From Candidatus Micrarchaeaceae archaeon (GTDB taxonomy: Archaea > Micrarchaeota > Micrarchaeia > Micrarchaeales > Micrarchaeaceae): DNA of 14,456 bases. Both the position numbers and the translations under genes were made by a program. The stretch is taken from contig JBEKES010000024.1 in the NCBI GenBank assembly GCA_050013715.1, forward strand, positions 1-14,456. The letters run 5' to 3'. The notes beneath the pieces were generated by a model, which was given only the letters and a program-made list of their open reading frames with translations, searched no databases and was not told the origin of the DNA. Within the stretch, counting starts at the first letter, position 1. Each line of letters begins with the position of its first letter. Below, piece by piece: positions 1 to 7,189 of the stretch.

Positions 1-105
1 ATATAGTCTGTTTACAAGATTGCATCCCTGGCCTCCTGCGCCAACTACAGCGAGTTTGGCTACAAAGTCTTCATTGTCGGTTCCCTGATTCCACTGGTCG
101 AACAT
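1..105 (-). CDS. ftsZ: FtsZ/tubulin-family GTPase, N-terminal 35 aa (runs off the window edge)
   Basis: Manual translation from ATG at 105: MFDQWNQGTDNEDFVAKLAVVGAGGQGCNLVNRLY. This is the FtsZ beta1/T1 motif and aligns with KIVTAGFGGAGCNIVNRLL of the neighbour. SD AGGTGG at 116..111. Not in the ORF track. Confidence 0.85.
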   Translation of the reverse strand, partial: MFDQWNQGTDNEDFVAKLAVVGAGGQGCNLVNRLY

Positions 106-161
106 TTGATCCACCTATTAACATAAACTGGTAAACTGTTTAAACATAAAATGAATTAAAT

Positions 162-188
162 AAATATAAAAAAGAAAAGAATAAAAAG
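162..188 (-). terminator. Putative archaeal oligo-U terminator after ftsZ
   Basis: Minus strand reads CTTTTTATTCTTTTCTTTTTTATATTT just after the stop at 196. Confidence 0.45.
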
Positions 189-195
189 GTAGGTA

Positions 196-1254
196 TTAAC
201 CTACCATTTCAAGCCCTTCGTAACCAACTGCCTTTTTCTCTTCAAGATGACCTACTATGCTTGCTCCCTTTACTCCGCATATTATAGCGACGATCTCTAT
301 TTGGTCCTCGTAGCCAGGCATCAGCCTTGCTCCCCATTTTACATTTGCAGTTGCGCTCATTTGTTCTGTTATAACTTCTCCTGCACGTATCGCATCTCCT
401 ATTGTAAGTGAAGATCCTCCAGATATGTGTATCAATGCTCCATCAGCACCTTCCATATCTACATCAAGAAGCTTGTTCTTCAGAACTCCTTCCGCAGCGT
501 TTTCTACTTTGCTTGCTCCTCTTCCTGAACCAACAGCTATGAATCCTACTCCACCTTGTCCCATGATTGCACGGACGTCGGCAAAGTCTATGTTTATCAA
601 GCTTGGTTGTGTTATTGTCCATACCAATCCTCCGATTGCCTTTGCAAGAACTTCATCTGCAAGAGCGAATGCGTCGTTCATTGGCAGGTTTGGCACTAAT
701 TTTACCAATCTGTTGTTATCTAATATTATAACGCTGTCTGCATACTTTCTAAGTTGTTGTATTCCCTCTTCTGCCTTGACTTTTCTTACTCTTTCAAGGT
801 CGAATGGATAGGTTACCATTGCAACTACTATTGCTCCTTGCTCTTTTGCAACTTGTGCAGCTACCTTTATTGCACCTGTTCCTGTACCTCCTCCCATACC
901 GCAGCATAGGAATACTAGTTGTGTGTCAGCAAAAACCTGCTCAAGCAATTGCTTGTCAACTTCTGCTGCTTTTTCTCCCATTTTTGGGTCTCCTCCTGCA
1001 CCCAATCCTCTTGTTAGGCTTCTTCCTATCAAGACTTTCTTGATTCGGTCATCAATTATTTTGAAATGCTGAGCATCTGTGTTTACTGCAACGAATTCAG
1101 TACCCTTGACTCCAACTTTTAGAAGTCTGTTTACTATGTTGCATCCTGCTCCTCCGAATCCCGCTGTTACTATTTTTATCTGTGTTGAGCTGAAGTCTTC
1201 AGCTGAGTCCGTTGTCTGTCCTTTACCAAATAGGTCGTTTACCATATCGGTCAT
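196..1254 (-). CDS. ftsZ: Cell division protein FtsZ (archaeal FtsZ2-like)
   Basis: GGAGCN, AVNTD, GLGAGG, tubulin signature GMGGGTGTG and T7 loop INIDFADV. The segments PFDLERVRKVKAEEG, LDNNRL..VPNLP and TQPSLIN are as in archaeal FtsZ2. SD-like AAGGCGAT 4 nt before the ATG. Confidence 0.97.
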   Translation of the reverse strand: MTDMVNDLFGKGQTTDSAEDFSSTQIKIVTAGFGGAGCNIVNRLLKVGVKGTEFVAVNTDAQHFKIIDDRIKKVLIGRSLTRGLGAGGDPKMGEKAAEVDKQLLEQVFADTQLVFLCCGMGGGTGTGAIKVAAQVAKEQGAIVVAMVTYPFDLERVRKVKAEEGIQQLRKYADSVIILDNNRLVKLVPNLPMNDAFALADEVLAKAIGGLVWTITQPSLINIDFADVRAIMGQGGVGFIAVGSGRGASKVENAAEGVLKNKLLDVDMEGADGALIHISGGSSLTIGDAIRAGEVITEQMSATANVKWGARLMPGYEDQIEIVAIICGVKGASIVGHLEEKKAVGYEGLEMVG

Positions 1255-1286
1255 ATCGATCGCCTTGCATTAATTAATCTGATAAG

Positions 1287-1302
1287 CTTTAAAAGCATTT
1301 CG
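1287..1302 (-). promoter_or_regulatory. BRE-TATA promoter of ftsZ
   Basis: Minus strand CGAAATGC-TTTTAAAG about 33 nt upstream of ATG 1254. Confidence 0.6.
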
Positions 1303-1427
1303 TTTTTTTGTATAATATAAGTATTCCACGTTTTGGCGTATATTTTCCGAAACTGCAAGTGTATGAATGTTTACTTCCAATATTAATCTTTTACTTTAGT
1401 AAACAAATTATTTAAAGAATTAGCAGA

Positions 1428-2075
1428 TTATTTTGAGAGTTTGCAAATATAAGCTATTGTTACTTTTTTTATACTAATTACTTTTAACTTAGCTTTCTTG
1501 AAGATTTTCAATAGCTCATTTTTAGAGAATTGTTCAGAAAATCCATCTACTCCAAAGTCGTCAAACACTACAGTTCCGTTGGGTTTGACTTCCTTGATAT
1601 CAGTATTTATTTTTCTATATACTCTTAGTCGCTCTTTCAAAGCATTTTCAGAATACACACTTATTATCATGCTGCCTTCATTTTTCAGTACTCTCCGCAT
1701 TTCTCCTAGTATTTTGTATTTGTCATTATAGAAATTTGCAAATGTGCTTAAGCACAAAACATAATCAAAGCTGTTATCTTTAAACGGCAGATTCTTGCCT
1801 TCCGCAACAAGCAGTTTAATATATGGAAATTTTTTAAGTTTAATTTTTGCGTGTTTTATCGCAATCTTATCATTATCAATACCAATTAAATTATTAGTTA
1901 TAGCGATAATATCGAATAAACTTCTACCGTAGCCGCATCCTACCTCAAGCACGCTTGCATCTTTCTTTATCGTCTTGTTTAGGAATTTCTTTTCTTCCGT
2001 AAACCATTTGTTATAGGCTTTTGAATTCGTGCTCACGACTTCTTCCCAACCTATTATATTTTTCTTGCCTACCAT
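1428..2075 (-). CDS. Class I SAM-dependent methyltransferase (Methyltransf_11-like), substrate unknown
   Basis: Motif I VLEVGCGYG, GIDND, LPFKDNSFDYV, EMRRVLKNEG. Confidence 0.9.
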   Translation of the reverse strand: MVGKKNIIGWEEVVSTNSKAYNKWFTEEKKFLNKTIKKDASVLEVGCGYGRSLFDIIAITNNLIGIDNDKIAIKHAKIKLKKFPYIKLLVAEGKNLPFKDNSFDYVLCLSTFANFYNDKYKILGEMRRVLKNEGSMIISVYSENALKERLRVYRKINTDIKEVKPNGTVVFDDFGVDGFSEQFSKNELLKIFKKAKLKVISIKKVTIAYICKLSK

Positions 2076-2091
2076 TTAAAACCCAAAAATA

Positions 2092-2104
2092 TATTTAAAT
2101 CTTT
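2092..2104 (-). promoter_or_regulatory. BRE-TATA promoter of the methyltransferase at 1428..2075
   Basis: Minus strand AAAGA-TTTAAATA shortly upstream of ATG 2075, suggesting a short or absent leader. Confidence 0.45.
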
Positions 2105-2140
2105 ATCCATATTGCGACAAAGAAGTTCTAATAATGTAGG

Positions 2141-2962
2141 TTATTTTTCAAATATCAGTGCTTCGTATTTGAATGCACCAGATTTAAATCCGTTTTTCAT
2201 GGACTTGAATGCTTTGAGGAAGTTGGTAAATTCTTTGCTGTGATTCCTTGCAAGGGACCATAATTCCTTGTTTTTTATAATTTCCAAGCTGACATCCCAT
2301 GTTTTCTTGACATTATTGCTGATGTCTTTATGATATTTTAATTTCAATCCATTTTTCTCCAGAATGTCAATGTATTCTCTTGATGTCCACAAAGAAACAA
2401 GCATATCATTCTCGATCGGTTTTATGTATTTCATTATTTCTGATTGATTAAGATTATCTGCCATAAACCAATCCGCTATTGCAAATCTTCCTTTCTTTTT
2501 CAGGATTTTTGCACATCGCTCAAAGAATAATTTTTTGTTCTGCAAATGCGAAATCATCTCAACGCTCCATAGTATTTCGTATTTTTTCTTGGTTGAAAGA
2601 TTGTTTGCATCCTCAACAGAAAACTTTGGTGTCATTTTTAGCTTTTCCTGCTTTGATAATTCCTCTGCCATTTTTGCTTGTACTGCACTTATTGTAATTC
2701 CAGTTACTTTGCAGTTGTACTTTTTTGCAAAGTATATTGAAGTACCGCCAATGCCGCAACCAATATCCAGAATTAGCGAACTCTTTTTTATGTTAAGTTT
2801 ACTTGCCAACAGTTTTATCAATTTATCTGTTGCCTCTTGCTTTGATTCTTTTCCCGTAATGTAATACCCATGATGAATGTGAATTCCCCATAGCTTTTGG
2901 TAATAGGGAGAAAGAAGATCGTAATGTTTTTTTATCCTGTCTTTTGTATTGGAGCTGTGCAT
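2141..2962 (-). CDS. Class I SAM-dependent methyltransferase, gamma-tocopherol/sterol-C24/RebM-like group
   Basis: N-terminal HYD..SPYYQKLWGIHIHHGYY typical of the tocopherol/sterol MTase group; ILDIGCGIGG; VTGITIS.VQ; WSVEMISH; F.IADW. Confidence 0.88.
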   Translation of the reverse strand: MHSSNTKDRIKKHYDLLSPYYQKLWGIHIHHGYYITGKESKQEATDKLIKLLASKLNIKKSSLILDIGCGIGGTSIYFAKKYNCKVTGITISAVQAKMAEELSKQEKLKMTPKFSVEDANNLSTKKKYEILWSVEMISHLQNKKLFFERCAKILKKKGRFAIADWFMADNLNQSEIMKYIKPIENDMLVSLWTSREYIDILEKNGLKLKYHKDISNNVKKTWDVSLEIIKNKELWSLARNHSKEFTNFLKAFKSMKNGFKSGAFKYEALIFEK

Positions 2963-2972
2963 CTAACCAATA

Positions 2973-3251
2973 TCATTGTCTTTGGAAGAAAACATCAATG
3001 GACTTGTCGAATAGTATTATGATTCCTGCTATTATCAGCAAGCAGCTGAACAGTATGCTTATTGCAGAGTTCCATATCAATGCAGATTTGTCTATGTTCG
3101 CATGCCTTAAATTTTCTATGTTTATTATTTGATTTAGCACGTTTGTTGTTGCCAATCTTCCTATTATTGCATTTAGTCCTATTATGATAAACCCGAATCC
3201 TATTAGCAATCGGAATAGGTGCATTGGTTCCTTTTTCTTTTTCCTTGGCAT
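2973..3251 (-). CDS. Small hypothetical membrane protein (2 predicted TM segments)
   Basis: Basic N-terminus; hydrophobic stretches LLIGFGFIIIGLNAII and AISILFSCLLIIAGIIILF; SD GAGGTAA before the ATG. Confidence 0.75.
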   Translation of the reverse strand: MPRKKKKEPMHLFRLLIGFGFIIIGLNAIIGRLATTNVLNQIINIENLRHANIDKSALIWNSAISILFSCLLIIAGIIILFDKSIDVFFQRQ

Positions 3252-3276
3252 TTGATTACCTCGATCAGTATTAGAA

Positions 3277-3921
3277 TTATGCTGTGCTGTTGTTTGAGAT
3301 ATAATTGCCCACTATCGCTCCTGAAGAATCTATAACAGCATAAACGGAATAGTTTGCGTTGGTTGCCTTGTATTGGACTAGCCATACGTTGTAGAGGCTT
3401 TGCGTAAGATGCGTTTGAGTATTATTCAATAATGCATAGTAGGTAGCATGGACGTTTGTGTTGTAATAGCCGAACGTGTTTACATAATCGCTGATCTGGG
3501 AAAGGTTCTTGTCATAGGATTCCGCAATCGCTATGTACTTTGAGCTTATCACAAATGAAGGGGCATTGGAAAGTCCGTATATGACGCATTTGCTTGTGTA
3601 TAAATTGTCAACGCTTGGCACAAGCCCTGTTGCAGGGTAGTCGTAGCCTACTATCGACAATGTGGGGCACGGCCTTGTTCCGTTGTATACTATGCTCAAT
3701 ATTATGTTGTAGCTCCCGTTCTTGAGGCTTGAATTTGATACGTTGATTATGGTTATGTTGGCATTGGGATTGCTTGCCTTAAGGTCGTTGATTACATACT
3801 GCTCCGCCTGCGTTGCGGTAAGCTGCGTTTGCTTTGCGGTATGCTGGAACAATATAAATGCGGCAGTGAAGATAACTATCAGAATTACAACTATAACTGC
3901 AACCTTGCCAAAAAGATCCAT
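3277..3921 (-). CDS. Hypothetical membrane-anchored or secreted protein, probable surface glycoprotein
   Basis: N-terminal TM (VAVIVVILIVIFTAAFILF); Asn/Tyr/Thr-rich body with many N-x-S/T sequons (NIT, NVS, NSS, NGS, NGT, NLS, NNT, NYS, NNS) and two Cys. ATG 3921 preferred over TTG 3927. Confidence 0.8.
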   Translation of the reverse strand: MDLFGKVAVIVVILIVIFTAAFILFQHTAKQTQLTATQAEQYVINDLKASNPNANITIINVSNSSLKNGSYNIILSIVYNGTRPCPTLSIVGYDYPATGLVPSVDNLYTSKCVIYGLSNAPSFVISSKYIAIAESYDKNLSQISDYVNTFGYYNTNVHATYYALLNNTQTHLTQSLYNVWLVQYKATNANYSVYAVIDSSGAIVGNYISNNSTA

Positions 3922-4002
3922 ATTCAATCAACTTAGTATTCTCAATTGTTAGTTATATATCTTACCTTACTCTTATAAAGATTTCTGATTCAGCATTATT
4001 TG

Positions 4003-4902
4003 CTAGTGCTTTTCCGAAAGGTATAGAAGTATCGCCTTTTCTATGATCAGCTTGTTTGCAGCCTGTTCCCACACTATGCTCCTGTCGCTGTCCAGTACAT
4101 CAGCTGTTATTTCCTCTCCGCGGTGCGCAGGAAGGCAGTGCATCACGAGTGCATCCTTGTTCGCATACGATAATACTTTGCTGTTCAATTGATAGGGAGC
4201 AAATAATTCAAGCCTTTGCGATGCATTGCTTTCATCGCCCATGCTTACGAAGGTATCGGTATAAATTATATCAACGCCTTCAAGGCCCAATTCCAGCGAA
4301 TCAAACAGCTCAACGCTTCCGTATTCCCTTGCCTTTGTATAGTAGTAGGTATTTGGCTTTACCGAATTAGGTCCTATGAGCACGATTTCTGCGCCTAGCT
4401 TGACAGCAGTTATCATGAGCGAATTGGCAGTGTTTGTTGCTATGTCACCAACAAATGCAATTTTTAATTTCTTCAAGCTTTTCTTGTGCTTGAGTATAGT
4501 ATAGCAATCCGCAAGCGCTTGAGTAGGATGCTCCAGATAGGTAAGCGCGTTTATAACTGGGACTTTAGAATTCTCCGCTATCGTAAGAAGCTTGTCGTGG
4601 TCATTCATTCTCACAATAATGAAGTCGCAATAGGAGCTGAGCACCTTTGCAGTATCTGCTATTGTTTCGCCCCTTGAGACCTGAGTTGTATGCGCATCAA
4701 CATAGATGGGCGTTCCTCCAAGCTTTGCAATGGCAACCTCAAATGAGACTCTTGTTCGTGTTGAAGGCTCTTCAAAATAAAGGACCATTGTGGAATGCTC
4801 TTTCAAAGAAATTTCCTCATTTCCAGTGCTTACATCATCGGCTATCTCAAAGATCCTGTTTATCGCATCTTTTGATAGGTCCATGGAACTAATTAGATTC
4901 AT
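4003..4902 (-). CDS. argF: Ornithine carbamoyltransferase
   Basis: STRT carbamoyl-phosphate motif, HPTQ, YTDTFVSMG ornithine loop and HCLP (not the HPLP of ATCase). True start probably ATG 4902, 1 nt after the upstream stop, not 4941. Anabolic versus catabolic role cannot be told. Confidence 0.9.
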   Translation of the reverse strand: MNLISSMDLSKDAINRIFEIADDVSTGNEEISLKEHSTMVLYFEEPSTRTRVSFEVAIAKLGGTPIYVDAHTTQVSRGETIADTAKVLSSYCDFIIVRMNDHDKLLTIAENSKVPVINALTYLEHPTQALADCYTILKHKKSLKKLKIAFVGDIATNTANSLMITAVKLGAEIVLIGPNSVKPNTYYYTKAREYGSVELFDSLELGLEGVDIIYTDTFVSMGDESNASQRLELFAPYQLNSKVLSYANKDALVMHCLPAHRGEEITADVLDSDRSIVWEQAANKLIIEKAILLYLSEKH

Positions 4903-4903
4903 T

Positions 4904-5365
4904 TCAATTACCGAATATGGAGCCGAAGCCCGCATTCGCATTTTCTTCCTCTTGCTTTATTGCAGTTATTACAGTTTCCTCTTCTTCCTTGCTTGCCCTT
5001 TTTATTGTCTTGAATTCATTTTTGAAGCGATCTTCGGCATTGTCAAGGAAAACATCAGGAGCGCTCAAGTACAAGTATACTGTATCTTTCTTGAGATTTA
5101 GGTTCTCACCATCTTTGAGCTGGTATTCCTGTCTTGTGAATATTACCTTTCCTGCTGGACTTTCTGCAATTTTTCTCTGTGTTTCGCTTATCTGCTTTTC
5201 CTTCTCTTCTATTTGCCTGCGCTCCTCTTCAGTTAATGATTCAATTGGACGGTCGTCTTTCTTTGAGCTTGGTATTAGATTAGTATCAAGATATGGATCA
5301 TAGTTAAGCACTTTCTTAAGAGCTTCGACTTCGGATCTATTACATTCGTATACTCTTACAGGCAA
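4904..5365 (-). CDS. Hypothetical protein with P-stalk-like C-terminus (EEENANAGFGSIFGN)
   Basis: TTG start 2 nt after the rps8e stop, with GGTG SD inside the rps8e end. Charged helical protein tightly packed between rps8e and argF. Confidence 0.82.
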   Translation of the reverse strand: MPVRVYECNRSEVEALKKVLNYDPYLDTNLIPSSKKDDRPIESLTEEERRQIEEKEKQISETQRKIAESPAGKVIFTRQEYQLKDGENLNLKKDTVYLYLSAPDVFLDNAEDRFKNEFKTIKRASKEEEETVITAIKQEEENANAGFGSIFGN

Positions 5366-5367
5366 AT

Positions 5368-5772
5368 CTACACCACAAGCCTTGCATTTATCGAGCCTTC
5401 ACGGCCTGGCCTATTGATAACAACAGCATTGCCAAGTTCAGTCACTATGGTTGCACCCTTTGTTACTATTGCCTGCCTTGCAAAGTTCCTGTTGTCCTTT
5501 GATTCGAAAACCCCGGTTATCTTTGCTTTCTTGTAGCCATCTTTTGTAAGCACATTGGCAACAACTGCCTTTTTGAGTCGCACATACTTGGTGCCGCCGC
5601 GCCTTCTTATCTTGACATTAATGTTAGATGGCAAAGATGCAACTACCTTTGTTGCGGAGAAATAATTTCCCACTTCGCTCCTCTTCTTGTCTCTGGCACG
5701 GACGTTCTTCTTGCCACTTCCTGACATTTTCGTATTTGATTTTGTGTGTATTTGTATACCCATTTGGCTCAT
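5368..5772 (-). CDS. rps8e: 30S ribosomal protein S8e (eS8)
   Basis: R.KKRSEVG, RRRGG, NRNFARQAIVTKGATIVTELG.A.V.NRPGREGSINA signature. Confidence 0.96.
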   Translation of the reverse strand: MSQMGIQIHTKSNTKMSGSGKKNVRARDKKRSEVGNYFSATKVVASLPSNINVKIRRRGGTKYVRLKKAVVANVLTKDGYKKAKITGVFESKDNRNFARQAIVTKGATIVTELGNAVVINRPGREGSINARLVV

Positions 5773-5835
5773 GATATCACTTTAATTAAGCAGAATTTTG
5801 TAAAATAAAGACTTATTATATGATTTATTCCATAG

Positions 5836-5849
5836 CTTATTAAGCCTTT
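5836..5849 (-). promoter_or_regulatory. BRE-TATA promoter of the rps8e unit
   Basis: Minus strand AAAGGC-TTAATAAG about 65 nt upstream of the rps8e ATG. Confidence 0.5.
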
Positions 5850-5924
5850 GTTGTTGAGAGTTTTTGTTCGTTGCTTATTTCTAATTATAAACTTTATATT
5901 ATTGATAAAATTGTACCTTCTTAT

Positions 5925-6623
5925 TTACGATTTATAAGCCTTTATTACTGCATTTTCTGCAAGTATGTCTAAAGAATCAAATGCTTTTATAGGACATTCG
6001 TTAACTTTCAGTATAATTGAGAGTTCCGTACAACCAATAATTATCGCCTGTATTTGTTCTCTCTTTTCCATTTGTTTTATAATTTCCTTTAGAGTTGTTT
6101 TATCTTTTTTATCGAGATTACCAGCCATTATACGCAATATTATATTTGTTATATTTCTCCTTTCTCCATTGTTCGGTAAAATAAGTTTTATCCCTTTAGA
6201 TGCCAGTATGTCACCATATATGTTGTGGTCGTAGCTACTTTGCGAAGCAAGTAGTCCAACTTTTTTCAGTTTGCTCTTTTTAACTATAGAAACAGTTTCA
6301 TCTGTCATGCTCAATACAGGTATTCTCGTTTGTTTTTTTATTTTAGCCATAAAATAATGGGCAGTATTGCAGGGGAGAATTACAAAGTCACAACCTACCT
6401 TACTTAACTTATTACTGCCAATTATGAATTCTTTTTGCAATAATTTTTCGTTTTTTATACCAGTTTCATCGGATCCTTTAGGGGCCATCGAATAAATTGC
6501 AATTTGAGGATATTCACTATCCTGAACTGCTTTGTATTTTCTTTGACAAAGAAAGATTATCCTATTTAGAAGTTCGACAGTAGCCGCTGGGCCCATACCT
6601 CCGAGAATTCCTATTGTTTTCAT
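5925..6623 (-). CDS. Aspartate/glutamate racemase family (PLP-independent amino-acid racemase)
   Basis: MKTIGILGGMGPAAT N-terminus (so start is ATG 6623, not 6689); both catalytic Cys motifs PCNTAH and GCTEL present. Confidence 0.93.
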   Translation of the reverse strand: MKTIGILGGMGPAATVELLNRIIFLCQRKYKAVQDSEYPQIAIYSMAPKGSDETGIKNEKLLQKEFIIGSNKLSKVGCDFVILPCNTAHYFMAKIKKQTRIPVLSMTDETVSIVKKSKLKKVGLLASQSSYDHNIYGDILASKGIKLILPNNGERRNITNIILRIMAGNLDKKDKTTLKEIIKQMEKREQIQAIIIGCTELSIILKVNECPIKAFDSLDILAENAVIKAYKS

Positions 6624-6645
6624 GAAATGACTTTGCCGATATTTT

Positions 6646-7035
6646 TCATTGCTTGAGCTTAGAAGTACAGAATGCACATCTCTTTGCACCTATTGGCACA
6701 TCAGATAGGCATTCAGGACATTTCTTTGTTGTTGCAGCTTCCTTTTTCTTGAATTTGGATGCGGGTTTCACTATAAGAAGAAATACAACTAATGCTATTG
6801 TAATAAAACTTATTAATGCGCTAACAAATGCACCTATCATGAAAACGCTTCCGTTAATGGTATAAGTCAATGCTGAAAAATTGACATGCCCTGGAATACC
6901 TATAAGTGGTGTTATTACATCTGCTACAAATGCAGTAATTACGGCATTGAATGCAACACCTACGACTACCGCTACAGCTAAATCCAATACATTTCCTTTC
7001 GTAATGAATTCCTTGAAATCGCTAGCTAAAGACAT
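6646..7035 (-). CDS. mscL: Large-conductance mechanosensitive channel with C-terminal Cys4 zinc ribbon
   Basis: DFKEFITKGNVLDLAVAVVVG.AF..VITAFVADVITPLIG signature; second TM; CPEC...CAFC tail. Confidence 0.95.
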   Translation of the reverse strand: MSLASDFKEFITKGNVLDLAVAVVVGVAFNAVITAFVADVITPLIGIPGHVNFSALTYTINGSVFMIGAFVSALISFITIALVVFLLIVKPASKFKKKEAATTKKCPECLSDVPIGAKRCAFCTSKLKQ

Positions 7036-7108
7036 GAAATCGTTGTTTAATATAATAAAAGCAATATATTCAAATCTTCCGCTAATCTAATTTTTTACAA
7101 AAATTTGC

Positions 7109-7126
7109 CGAAACGTATATATATTA
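7109..7126 (+). promoter_or_regulatory. BRE-TATA promoter for 7190..7675
   Basis: CGAAACG-TATATATT in the divergent intergenic region. Confidence 0.55.
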
Positions 7127-7189
7127 TGAGCGTAGTATTAATATCGACCAGGAGATAAAGTAATAAAAGTTATTTGATAGTGTGATTAG

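Noticed and set aside
1255..1427. Possible cdrS (ribbon-helix-helix) gene upstream of the FtsZ2-type gene
   Set aside because: No plausible small ORF seen; the region is AT-rich promoter or terminator sequence.
4003..4941. Aspartate carbamoyltransferase (pyrB) call and the 4941 start
   Set aside because: SMG loop and HCLP indicate OTCase. The 4941 start would overlap the upstream gene, and ATG 4902 fits coupling.
4904..5365. Calling the hypothetical ribosomal protein P1/L12
   Set aside because: Only the tail matches. It lacks the MEY.YAALLL-type N-domain and Ala-rich hinge and is not next to rpl10/rpl1.
5773..5924. SRP (7S) RNA or another ncRNA next to rps8e
   Set aside because: Only about 150 nt, very AT-rich, with no GC-rich stems.
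6624..6689. N-terminal extension of the racemase overlapping mscL
   Set aside because: The family N-terminus begins at MKTIGILGG (ATG 6623), so the extension is an ORF-calling artefact.
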